Assembly: GCA_964601935.1 (NCBI GenBank)
Contig: CAZROP010000004.1
Location: 6,493 to 70,492, forward strand
Reading direction: 5' to 3'
Length of the DNA: 64,000 bases
DNA from: an uncultured Candidatus Saccharibacteria bacterium
Lineage (GTDB): Bacteria; Patescibacteriota; Minisyncoccia; Phycocordibacterales; UBA1006
Part shown: piece by piece, positions 40,141-49,749 of the stretch
Position numbering within the stretch: the first letter of the stretch is position 1
How the letters are laid out: each line of letters opens with the position of its first letter
The notes under the pieces: generated by a model
Database searches by the model: none
Told to the model about the DNA's origin: nothing
Seen by the model: only the letters and a program-made list of their open reading frames with translations
Made by a program: the position numbers and the translations under genes

Positions 40141-41436
40141 CTATGCCTGCTCCAGTGATCCTGCACGGAGCGGTGTCCAACCAAAGAGGTGTCCGTAGTA
40201 TTTACCGTCTTTTCCGTAAGAGCTGTGACTGATCCACCCATGATCCGGGCGCTTATACTCCAGCAACCCTTCGCTACACCTTGTCGATCCCTCTTCCCAA
40301 CAGTAAACCTTAACACCCTCAATCTCTATAAACTCCTGGTGCGGCGTCCATATCAGCCGAAGATTGTTCCCCGGCAGATTGACGAAAACTTCGCCATCAA
40401 TGAACCTAACTGTTCCTGGCACGAACAGTATAGTCCGATCGTCGGGCGCCAAAACCACTATTCGCGATTCACCGTCGGTACAGATCTGAGGCAGGCCCAC
40501 TGATGTGTCCTCTGTTCTGTAACCAGGCATAACCATTGTAGCGAACCAGTATTCGCATTCTGCGTAATGTACATACTTCCCGATAACGGGAAGGAGTTTC
40601 GCTACAACCAAGAGGTAACCCTTATCACCTTTTTGCAGTATCGAGAAAAAGTTCGTAGTACCCAGCCGCTGCACTGCAACGGTGCCTCTAAATTCCGACA
40701 ACGTGCCGTTGTCGTTGAGTAAAGTAGCATTATTCATCTGATAAGCAATCAAACAGTCACTGGCACTATCAACACGAATATCCTTTGATAGAACCTCGCC
40801 GCAGTCAACCAGTCCTGCCACAGACTGCTCTTCTGAAAAACCAGGTAGCCGAATGATCCAGCCCTTCGCACCATGATCATCTCCGATACGTGTAGTCGCA
40901 GCCAGCTCGAGCCGGCGCAATCCATTAACCGCGATTATGCGTAGCGGCATGATAAGCTTAAAACCTCCGCCCAATTCTACCCGTGTAAACTGTACTTTAT
41001 TTCCACTATGGGCTGGCTGCAGAGTGTAAATCCCCTCCAGGTATCCCGAGGCGCTGAGCCCCAGAAACACCATAACTCGGCGAGTTCCTTCTCCCGTTTC
41101 CAAGAAGTACAGGTGGTGATGACGGTAACCAGTACCGGACTCATTGCCGCTCTCCTGGATGTCGTTAAAACTAACCACATATTTCCCACCCTGTCGTACA
41201 GCATCGTCTGAATCTCGGATGGATATGCCCCATCCGTCTCCACGGAGTCCACCTGTGAAAATTGCCGCACCAGGAAGTTCTCCTGGTCGAAGCTGGTACG
41301 AAGTACCTATATTTGATTTTTTGCTTCGGTTTTTCCTGGGAAGCCAATAGGTTACCCACCAGATGAAAGCTAAAGCACCTATTAGCAACCCGAATGCTGC
41401 TACGGCTACGAGCCATGCTGTGTTCTCTGAATCCAT
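40141..41436 (-). CDS. Hypothetical N-terminally anchored beta-rich protein
   Basis: 431-aa ORF, one N-terminal TM followed by basic residues; own promoter TTGACG-N17-TAGTGT (41483-41511). Confidence 0.75.
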   Translation of the reverse strand: MDSENTAWLVAVAAFGLLIGALAFIWWVTYWLPRKNRSKKSNIGTSYQLRPGELPGAAIFTGGLRGDGWGISIRDSDDAVRQGGKYVVSFNDIQESGNESGTGYRHHHLYFLETGEGTRRVMVFLGLSASGYLEGIYTLQPAHSGNKVQFTRVELGGGFKLIMPLRIIAVNGLRRLELAATTRIGDDHGAKGWIIRLPGFSEEQSVAGLVDCGEVLSKDIRVDSASDCLIAYQMNNATLLNDNGTLSEFRGTVAVQRLGTTNFFSILQKGDKGYLLVVAKLLPVIGKYVHYAECEYWFATMVMPGYRTEDTSVGLPQICTDGESRIVVLAPDDRTILFVPGTVRFIDGEVFVNLPGNNLRLIWTPHQEFIEIEGVKVYCWEEGSTRCSEGLLEYKRPDHGWISHSSYGKDGKYYGHLFGWTPLRAGSLEQA

Positions 41437-41586
41437 GATTATCTATGTTTTTGATTTTAAAATAAGTTCAAATTCTGACCCGACACTACCATTAGTATGG
41501 TTATTCGTCAATAGACAAAATAAAAAACCGCGTAGTACACAACATGCGCACTACACGGTTCGAATTACCAACCACGGGTTGGGTTT

Positions 41587-42663
41587 TTATGTTTGCCTTG
41601 ATGGCTTTTTGCCATAAAACAAGACTACCCCTGTGCCAAACCCTACCCCATCAGGCGTAATTCTGCCGCCCAACCAAATCTGAAGACTGGCGCCTGTGGG
41701 CGTAGTTTTACCCTTAGAATTTACTGCCGACAAGTGGGTTCGCCAATCAATATTAACTCCTACCGCACCCTTATCAGGTAGCTGGTACGTCAGCCCTGAT
41801 TCCGCAAGCGCATCCCGCGTATCCCGCGGAGCTGCAGTGAGGGCAATATTGGCCGCAATGTAAGGCGTAATGCCCCAGACTGCATTTTTGTTGCCAACTT
41901 CGCCCAGCGCAATGCGATATGAAATTGTAGCAAGTATGGAAAGCATGGCTTGCCGAATCTCTTTATCACATGGACACCAGGTAGTATCCTGAAATGGCTG
42001 GAGCCAGGTGAACCCTCCGGCTGGATAGTACCCCGCACCGATTGAACCATCGAGAGGCGATCCGAACTGGTCTGTCGCGATACCAAAACTGTATTTATTC
42101 GCCAGCTGGTCATTGAATGGAGAAGCTCCGTCATTGCTGGGTCGGAGCCACACCTCATGTGCAGCGAATACGTTGAACGGCCACTCACTAACCCTGCCGC
42201 CCTTTTTGTTACCGTTCGGATTATCAACCGGTCGAGTAAACAACGCTGTTTCCCGCGAAGATGCGAAGTGCATCCATGTTTTTTTCGGTAATGGCAGCGT
42301 CGGCGGCACATAGGAATGCTCAGTCACAGAATTAGAATCAGGAATAAAAAGACTTACCCCTGCATAACTGAACGGGTTCGGGCATGCAGTGCCCTTACCC
42401 TCTTCCCCATAAAACCGCTCATCAGTGGGAAATGCGAAGCCTCCTCTTTGAACCATCAGATTCAGTAGGGCTGCAACGCGTTTTGGAGACTGCTTACCAC
42501 GCAGGCTCCCCAGCCAAATATCACTTGTAGTGCCCGGAACATCGGGTATGTATAACCCCGGACCAGGCTGGCTTTTTTGTGTTCCCTGTTGAGCCATCAG
42601 GGTGCCCGTTATCGGCAATAGTCCGATAACAAACAACAGTGTGAAGAAACTTTTATTTTTCAC
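41587..42663 (-). CDS. Secreted protein, possible outer-membrane beta-barrel
   Basis: Likely GTG start giving MKNKSFFTLLFVIGLLPITGTLMA|QQ; alternating amphipathic strands in the C-terminal half (GAVGVNIDWR, SLQIWLGGR, GFGTGVVLFY). Confidence 0.65.
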   Translation of the reverse strand: MKNKSFFTLLFVIGLLPITGTLMAQQGTQKSQPGPGLYIPDVPGTTSDIWLGSLRGKQSPKRVAALLNLMVQRGGFAFPTDERFYGEEGKGTACPNPFSYAGVSLFIPDSNSVTEHSYVPPTLPLPKKTWMHFASSRETALFTRPVDNPNGNKKGGRVSEWPFNVFAAHEVWLRPSNDGASPFNDQLANKYSFGIATDQFGSPLDGSIGAGYYPAGGFTWLQPFQDTTWCPCDKEIRQAMLSILATISYRIALGEVGNKNAVWGITPYIAANIALTAAPRDTRDALAESGLTYQLPDKGAVGVNIDWRTHLSAVNSKGKTTPTGASLQIWLGGRITPDGVGFGTGVVLFYGKKPSRQT

Positions 42664-42691
42664 GTCGCGTAACGTTTTGATTGTAACTAAA

Positions 42692-45600
42692 TTAATTCCG
42701 GACAATCCGAATACCTTCCAAGTCATGCCCTTTGTTGTCCTCAACATGTACCACGTATATACCCTGCGTTTTAGGAAAACCGACGAGAGGAAAGCCCTCT
42801 ATATCGGGTCCGTTGTACGTGAATTTGTATTTCACCTGCAATTTTCCATCCATAGAGTAAACCCTGACCTTCACCTTCTTTCCAAAACCTTGCAGCTCTA
42901 GTAAAGGGGTCTGCCCTTGTAATACTGGATTGGGTGTAATTCGTGCCCGGCATTCCCCATCAGCAACTTCGCCACACTGAGGCTCATACAATACGAAACT
43001 GGTATCAATGTCGCAGTACCCGTTTGAAATTTGAAGTCCGTAGACTCCAGGTTCCAAGTTACTGGGATTTTGCACTTCACCCAAGGATATTCCGTTGTAA
43101 AACCACTCTACCGGTGGAAGTACCGGCCAGTTTGCCAAGAATATATCTCCAGGGATCGGGTTTCCATTCTCGTCGCACTCCGGTTGTCGCACGAATACGG
43201 CGATTGGGAGTAACACCCTTTCAAGGCTCGCTTCCCAAGTAACCACCCGACCGCAATCGCCCATATGTGGGTAATATACAGAGATGGGTTGGTACCAGTC
43301 ACGAATGTCGCAAATGTATTCGATGTTGTTCGTAGTATCCGGCATGCTTACGATCATGTGGATCGTGGACTGTTCAATACAGCCCGTCATCGGGTTAGTG
43401 GAAACAATCGTCGTATCCCTCCAATCTGCTCTCCCGAAGATTCCGGTATTCCAGAGCTTCAAAGAATCTCCGTAGCAAAGCTGAATAGTCGTGTCGCGGT
43501 TCTGTACGTCGTATACCCTGATCTCCTGCGTGATTATAGAATCGCAACCTTCTTGGTTCTGACCTATGAATGAAAGCGTCCCTTCGTTCGCAATGTAGCT
43601 TTCGCCATCACCCTCCCAGAGAAACTCTTCCCCTGGACACAATGTCAAAGGTTGGAGCGTCGTAGTATCAGACAATCTTATCGTCCAGGAAGTCCGTCGC
43701 AATGAGGAGCAGCCCGTTGTCGAATCATAGATCGTATCTATCTTGACAGAATCCCGAAAGGACTCGTCACAGGTAAATAAATCAAAATACTCGATGTCTG
43801 GGTCCCAGTTGAACGTCACCAACGTGGTACTGTCGCATCCACCAGGGACTGGCGTTGTGACAATTATTGGGGCAAGCAGAGCACACGTATCAACCGTTGC
43901 GAAGCCGATGGCTCCGAACTGGATACGGGGTATAACCAAAGTATCCTTTGTACACGGATCTGCTCCAGGAATCATATACGGCTGCGCGAACGGATCGCAA
44001 TTATCCTCCGTGCGCTCCACAAAACCTGGTGTGGTGATATGAATATTCAATATCCATGTCTTCTTACAAACACCTTGCAAGGGTAACGTCTGGATGATTG
44101 TAGTATCTGTCGTAGCTACCCCGATATAAATACCTGGCAGACTGACAACTTCACCTTCACAGGCACTGATGTCCAGAATCGCAATATCGCTTGCGGGCTG
44201 GTAGTACGAATGGTACACCAGCGTATCGCAACTACCATAAATGGTGTCACTAAGAACGGCAAGCCCAATCAGATCGGGATCGCAGCTCGGTGTAGGCACC
44301 ACCTTCACATACAGCACCGGTAGGTACTTGGTTGTCATTGTATATGAACAACCGTACTGATTCTGTAGAATCTGAGTGGATGACTCCATATTGATGCGAC
44401 ACCCAGCTTCGAACCTCGTACTATCCGGCGAACCGACATAATGCGGATTCGAGGTGATTGTAATAATGCACCCTTCAGGAGTAATCGAGTCCCGTTCTAA
44501 AGTGATAGCGCTTAAACTGCAGGTATTGTATTCGGACTCCGTCATCGTCATAGGAATCAAATCCCAGACGAACACTGAATCATACAAGCAACCATCCTGA
44601 GTGACCGCCAAAACGATTTCGTCTGGACGTTCAACACATGTCTCGTTGTGAATCACCACCGAAGAGGTGTGGTCCAATACCCGGATATCAAGTGCACGCA
44701 CAATAGGGCAATTGCCACTATTATCAGTTGCAGTATAAAAACCTGCTTCGCTGTAGCTATCGCCCATCCACTGCATTGACCCACCACACAGAACTGCGCG
44801 AGTGGTGTCACCTACCAACACGTCGGAAATGGTCACGTTCCAGACTTGGACTGAACCACAGGGGTTAACTGTCGGCATACTGGCAGTGTAAGTGCCGGAA
44901 AATGCAGCAGTATCTCCCCAGGGCAACATTATCGGAGTACACGAGATAGTGTCAACGCGAACCTCCTCAGCCGAACCAACATTCTGTAGCGTTGCAAATA
45001 GCACAGTAGTGCACACGCCATTGCTGACGGTGACAGTGTAGGCGCCTGGCGACAAATCCGTTTGCCCCTGCGTAGTAGCACCGTTACTCCACACATATGT
45101 ATATGCGGTAGTGGTGTGTGGCGTAGGCAGCGAAACCACCAGCAATGCGCCGTTGTTTTCATCGCATGTTGGATCGGTACTCCACAGTGCAGCAGCTACA
45201 GGTGCCGGCGGGTTATTCACCACGTCGCTTGCCGTAGCGGTGCAGCCGTTTGCGTCAGTAATCGTTACAGTATAGGTGCCCGGCGTTGCCGTCCACCAGC
45301 CGCTGAAGTAATTTTCAAATACTTCTCCATCCGGCGTTGTCCAGGAATATACATAAGGCCACTGACCGCCCACCGGGACGGCAAACAATGACCCTACACC
45401 ATCCCCGCAATCCGGCTGGATCACAGAGATGCTTACAGTCAACGGGAGCCGGTTTTCAGTACCAACGCACACAGCGTTAGCATAACAACCATTCCCTTCG
45501 TCCGCGCTTACTGCCCAAAGAGCGATGTTTCCTAAATTTGGAAATCCGCTTAAGTTCCATGTGTACGTAATGACGGAAGATCCGCCAGTCGGCAATACAA

Positions 45601-45874
45601 TCGTCTGCCCCAAGAAAGGAGGGCTGCTCCAACCAGTAACTAAAGAATCGGGCAGGTAGCCTTCAGGCATGGTCACGGTTATGGTAATCAGAGTAGCGTG
45701 AGTAGGTGTCGGCACACCACAAACAATAGGTGTAATACCATTGTCGTAGGTCGCCTCATAGGCTATCAGCCAACCGCACCCCTCCTCACAAGGGTTGCAC
45801 TCTTGTGCCTGCATATGGCTCGCGAAGCCGCTCATGCAGAAAAGTGCCGTGAAAATGTAATACAACTTTTTCAT
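42692..45874 (-). CDS. Cys-rich SprB-repeat adhesin-like protein with type A T9SS C-terminal sorting domain
   Basis: Signal ...HMQA|Q; PDC...G...GG..PY.YSW...PGTYTVTITDANGC; GCDS repeats; ITPNPV...VRVYSMDGKL...GIYVV...RIVRN. Confidence 0.85.
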   Translation of the reverse strand: MKKLYYIFTALFCMSGFASHMQAQECNPCEEGCGWLIAYEATYDNGITPIVCGVPTPTHATLITITVTMPEGYLPDSLVTGWSSPPFLGQTIVLPTGGSSVITYTWNLSGFPNLGNIALWAVSADEGNGCYANAVCVGTENRLPLTVSISVIQPDCGDGVGSLFAVPVGGQWPYVYSWTTPDGEVFENYFSGWWTATPGTYTVTITDANGCTATASDVVNNPPAPVAAALWSTDPTCDENNGALLVVSLPTPHTTTAYTYVWSNGATTQGQTDLSPGAYTVTVSNGVCTTVLFATLQNVGSAEEVRVDTISCTPIMLPWGDTAAFSGTYTASMPTVNPCGSVQVWNVTISDVLVGDTTRAVLCGGSMQWMGDSYSEAGFYTATDNSGNCPIVRALDIRVLDHTSSVVIHNETCVERPDEIVLAVTQDGCLYDSVFVWDLIPMTMTESEYNTCSLSAITLERDSITPEGCIITITSNPHYVGSPDSTRFEAGCRINMESSTQILQNQYGCSYTMTTKYLPVLYVKVVPTPSCDPDLIGLAVLSDTIYGSCDTLVYHSYYQPASDIAILDISACEGEVVSLPGIYIGVATTDTTIIQTLPLQGVCKKTWILNIHITTPGFVERTEDNCDPFAQPYMIPGADPCTKDTLVIPRIQFGAIGFATVDTCALLAPIIVTTPVPGGCDSTTLVTFNWDPDIEYFDLFTCDESFRDSVKIDTIYDSTTGCSSLRRTSWTIRLSDTTTLQPLTLCPGEEFLWEGDGESYIANEGTLSFIGQNQEGCDSIITQEIRVYDVQNRDTTIQLCYGDSLKLWNTGIFGRADWRDTTIVSTNPMTGCIEQSTIHMIVSMPDTTNNIEYICDIRDWYQPISVYYPHMGDCGRVVTWEASLERVLLPIAVFVRQPECDENGNPIPGDIFLANWPVLPPVEWFYNGISLGEVQNPSNLEPGVYGLQISNGYCDIDTSFVLYEPQCGEVADGECRARITPNPVLQGQTPLLELQGFGKKVKVRVYSMDGKLQVKYKFTYNGPDIEGFPLVGFPKTQGIYVVHVEDNKGHDLEGIRIVRN

Positions 45875-46199
45875 CGATGGAAAAGTTTAATAAATTTGAG
45901 AATAATTTGTTCAATTGCAACCTCCGAATGGAACACGATTCACCCAACAGGGATCACGCATATCTATTCCGAAGAATATGCTCACCCTACTGATTATTTG
46001 ACAAAAGTCAATAGCATTGTTGTATTGTTTCTTTGCTGTTTGTCATCCCGGGGCACATATTTTTAAGGAGTGACAACGACTATAAAAATAGTGAACCCAG
46101 GACCCAGGATTCAGAACACTTCTGATAACACACTGGTTTACTTTTCTAACCCTGGATCCCAGCTCGGAGGCTGGGAAGACGGAAACGGTAATAGCATAC

Positions 46200-46225
46200 A
46201 AAAACACCCCTTTCGGGGTGTTTTT
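46200..46225. terminator. Bidirectional intrinsic terminator
   Basis: AAAAACACCCC-TTTC-GGGGTGTTTTT. Confidence 0.8.
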
Positions 46226-46904
46226 ATTTTGACGCAAGCTGACCAGACGAATCTGATACATCCATACTGTCGATCTGACTCATGATACGCTTAATTTTGT
46301 TAAGGTACCAGGCAGGATCACCGTAAGTAGCTTCTACAACCTTTGGAGGGTTATAGTTGTTTACTTTCTGGGCAATAGTCAGGTCACGACCATAGTATTT
46401 GGCAGTCTTCGGATTATTACCCGAAAGGTTATAGATAACCACCTGGATAGCATCATCGAATCCTGTATACTTTTTACATTTGAGCCCCTTTTTATCGGAA
46501 CAACCAAATCCAAAGGCGTTATATGATTCGTTGGCACCAGAGCCTGGGGTATACATACCACCACTTGATTCTGCCATACCCTTTGCAGCGGCGAGGATTG
46601 CGATTTCACAATCAGCACCGTTTTCTATTGCTGCCTGGGCAAAGACTGAACCGTATCCTGCCAATGGGACCTTCTGCTTATTATAATAAGCATCGATCTT
46701 TGCGGCACAGAGTTCCATTTCGTCATCCAATCCATCGGTAGCATCGGACACAGAGTCTGATACGGTCGATACGATTGTTTCCAAAATGGTTGGAGATGGT
46801 TCCGCAGGGATTGTTACAGCCCCTGTAGTTCCACTCGCGAGTGTAGTCGTCGCCATGAACAATGAGAACAGAGCCATGGGACGATTGTTTGAAGTTTTTA
46901 TCAT
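46224..46904 (-). CDS. Secreted lysozyme-fold (glucosaminidase-like) peptidoglycan hydrolase
   Basis: PL.GYG..F..AA..., AESSGG, NAFGFG, F...I..V, YNPP; start may be 46949 or 46904. Confidence 0.7.
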   Translation of the reverse strand: MIKTSNNRPMALFSLFMATTTLASGTTGAVTIPAEPSPTILETIVSTVSDSVSDATDGLDDEMELCAAKIDAYYNKQKVPLAGYGSVFAQAAIENGADCEIAILAAAKGMAESSGGMYTPGSGANESYNAFGFGCSDKKGLKCKKYTGFDDAIQVVIYNLSGNNPKTAKYYGRDLTIAQKVNNYNPPKVVEATYGDPAWYLNKIKRIMSQIDSMDVSDSSGQLASK

Positions 46905-47171
46905 AGCTGAGGGTTGTGCTCCCTCTAACAACAGGTCCGCGGTGCCCATAATCTGGATGGAAGTGAATTTAGTCAGTTACCTGATCAAATTCGGTTTCCG
47001 GTACAAATGGGGGCTGTTGTCGGCGTGAGCCACCCCTATCTGCTGGGCACAAGTAGCAATTCAACCACACGATTGAACTGTGTCAAATAGAATATCATAT
47101 TAATACAGTCCTGTCAAGGTATCGTATTTGAAATAGCCTTCAATTTATCAATAAAATAAGGCTTCTTTACG

Positions 47172-47726
47172 CTATTTCAGCAGTTTTCTGATGTCTGAAA
47201 CCCATGAAACCGGCAAAACAGCCGATTTTGCGAGGACTTTCTGCAGTCGTACCATCTGGTCAAATGTGAGTTTTTGACTAGTTCTTGCGTTTGAGGTCTG
47301 CTCCCCCAAAGGGCTTGACCCTATAATGTCTACGGTACGGGATTCTACCGTCGAGAGCAGTGTTGTGTCCGCCGTATACAGCAAACAGATAGTAATCCAA
47401 GAGGGTGATTCTTCTAGGACTTTCAGTATCGCATTTTGGGCCGGCTCGGTATAACGCGGGTATGCCAGCACGATTACAGTCGGCAGTGCGCCCTGGAATA
47501 GCCCCTGGACCATTTCCCCTAGCGCTCGTGCCCCATCTACAGAAAATGCTCCCGTCTTTGACGTGGGTTTTGGTTCTAGTGGCTCAAAGCAGTATATGAC
47601 CCGGCACACTTTCGGTAGTTTCTTCGGCTGTGCGAGAACGTCGAATGCTTTGCGAATTTTTGGTTCTGATATTCCAGATACGCGCAATCGAGTATGCTGA
47701 CGGGTAATAATCTGTGCGAGATTCAT
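47172..47726 (-). CDS. holB: Truncated DNA polymerase III delta'-like protein
   Basis: SVD.AR, T.PAQNAILKVLEE.P, LL.TVESR. Confidence 0.75.
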   Translation of the reverse strand: MNLAQIITRQHTRLRVSGISEPKIRKAFDVLAQPKKLPKVCRVIYCFEPLEPKPTSKTGAFSVDGARALGEMVQGLFQGALPTVIVLAYPRYTEPAQNAILKVLEESPSWITICLLYTADTTLLSTVESRTVDIIGSSPLGEQTSNARTSQKLTFDQMVRLQKVLAKSAVLPVSWVSDIRKLLK

Positions 47727-47791
47727 ACAGAGAGTATAGCACGGGAAGATGCAGCCGGCCGTTTTTCAGTCTGAGTTTATTTTAAAATCTT

Positions 47792-48670
47792 TTAAATTTG
47801 AGCTCTTAATTTATTTTTTTCAAATTGCTTGATAAAATCCGTATAAGAAGCTGTCGATTTATCAACCAGAAATACACTTTTATATGTTTTTTTGATACCC
47901 TCAGACATCTTCTTATCACATGTCAAAATTAAAGCATTCGCAATGATACCATCAGTAGCGATGATGAAATCGTTACTCTTGAGAGACGAACTTAATTTCC
48001 TTTTTGAGAATCTTTGATATCGTTCGAAGATGTCATAAAGTCCTATTTTCTGCTCCTGGATGATGAGACGACTATCGCTAATCTCTACAAGAAGAGCTTC
48101 AAATTTAATTCTTACATTTTTGAATGAGTATTGCTGCTTTAGTTTAGAGAGTAGCTCAAGCAATACGAGATTAGGTAAATACAAATCAAAATATCTTCTC
48201 TGCGTTTTAAGATATGAAATAATGACTTTTGCCGATTCGTAATTATCATCACTTTCTGAGAGGTAGGAAAGAATGAACGAAGTATCCATCATTACCTGTG
48301 TACGATTCTCGAATCTTTGTTTTTCTTTTTCCTGCAGAATGTCCCACTTTTTGAGATTCTTTTCCTGTTTTTTATACTGGGCATCAGTAGGAATAATATC
48401 CCCGGACAAAACTGTGCTAGCTTCGCTTTTTATAACATCAATCTGACTCTTAGAGAACTGATCATATAGAGTGGCGTCGGGTATTCTTTCTAGCCACCCC
48501 AACGTCTTCTTTAGTTGATTTTTTAACTCATCAACCAGCTCATGAACAGTAGTAATCTTTCTAGAACCAAGAACTGCCCCTAGAAAAGTAAGGGTGTTGA
48601 TTATTTGTATTATACCCTGGATAGCACCTTTGTCTGTAATACGAACCTTGAACTTCTCATTCTTATCCAT
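47792..48670 (-). CDS. PIN domain protein with N-terminal helical extension
   Basis: MMDTSFI, LVLLE, LKSNDFIIA, ILTCDK; AT-rich. Confidence 0.8.
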   Translation of the reverse strand: MDKNEKFKVRITDKGAIQGIIQIINTLTFLGAVLGSRKITTVHELVDELKNQLKKTLGWLERIPDATLYDQFSKSQIDVIKSEASTVLSGDIIPTDAQYKKQEKNLKKWDILQEKEKQRFENRTQVMMDTSFILSYLSESDDNYESAKVIISYLKTQRRYFDLYLPNLVLLELLSKLKQQYSFKNVRIKFEALLVEISDSRLIIQEQKIGLYDIFERYQRFSKRKLSSSLKSNDFIIATDGIIANALILTCDKKMSEGIKKTYKSVFLVDKSTASYTDFIKQFEKNKLRAQI

Positions 48671-48679
48671 ATTATAAAA

Positions 48680-49699
48680 CTACTTCGCCAACAGTGACCG
48701 ACGATACACATCAATATGCTCCAACGCCATGCCGGTGCCTTTTACCACACAGTACAGTGCATCATCGGATAATGTCGCACGCACACCCAATCGAGCAAAT
48801 ATCAGATCAGGCAAATAACGCAACTGCGAAGTTCCTCCAGTTAGAATAATCCCATTATCAATCAAATCACTAGCGAGTTCTGGTTTAGTATCATGCATCA
48901 CATCACGTATCGCCTGTATCATCGTCCCCAGCTCGCGTTCGATCGCATAGACCACCTCGTTGGTAGACATTTTGACCTGTTTGGGTAACCCGCTGACGTA
49001 GTCACTCCCCTTTATCAAAATTTCTAATTCATTTTCAGGAGACTGACGCATGGCGCCGCCGATTTTGATCTTTATTTTCTCTGCGGTTCGCTCGCCTATT
49101 GCCAGGCTATGGGTTTGGCGAACGTAATCCACGATTGCCTGGTCGATTTTGTTGCCTGCGCACTTTACTGACTTTGCGGTTACGATAGAACCCAACGAGA
49201 TCACAGCAACATCGGTTGTACCACCTCCAATATCGACGATCATGTGCCCCGTCGGCTCGTAAATAGGGATACCTGCACCGATTGCCGCCAGGATGGGCTC
49301 CTTTGCTGGAATAACATCACGTGCACCCGCACGTAACCCTGCATCCACTACAATACGACGCTCTGCAGAGGTAATACCCGCTGGAACTGATACTACTATC
49401 TCTGGCTTCAGCAGATTCCATGGGCCCAGAGCCTTTTGGATAAAATGTCGTAACATAGCCTCGGTCACACGATAGTCAGCAATAACCCCATCGCGCATAG
49501 GACGATAGGCAATAATATTGTCAGGAGTCTTTCCTATCATTTCCTTGGCATCAATACCGATAGCCACGACCTGTTTCGTATCAACTGACACCGCAACTAC
49601 CGATGGTTCGTTGATAACGATACCTTTGCCAGGAATGTATACCAAAATATTTGCCGTCCCCAGATCAATTCCAATTTTTGGTGCAGAAAACCATCCCAT
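48680..49699 (-). CDS. mreB: Rod shape-determining protein MreB
   Basis: IGIDLGTAN, EPSVVA, RPMRDGVIAD, DIGGGTTD, IGERTAE, LTGG. Confidence 0.97.
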   Translation of the reverse strand: MGWFSAPKIGIDLGTANILVYIPGKGIVINEPSVVAVSVDTKQVVAIGIDAKEMIGKTPDNIIAYRPMRDGVIADYRVTEAMLRHFIQKALGPWNLLKPEIVVSVPAGITSAERRIVVDAGLRAGARDVIPAKEPILAAIGAGIPIYEPTGHMIVDIGGGTTDVAVISLGSIVTAKSVKCAGNKIDQAIVDYVRQTHSLAIGERTAEKIKIKIGGAMRQSPENELEILIKGSDYVSGLPKQVKMSTNEVVYAIERELGTMIQAIRDVMHDTKPELASDLIDNGIILTGGTSQLRYLPDLIFARLGVRATLSDDALYCVVKGTGMALEHIDVYRRSLLAK

Positions 49700-49749
49700 A
49701 GATGGGAACAGTATACGCTAGTTTACAATAATGAGCAAAATCAGGAATT

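Noticed and set aside
38600-46100. Prophage or ICE interpretation of the foreign block
   Set aside because: No integrase, transposase, phage or conjugation genes, and no flanking direct repeats recognised.
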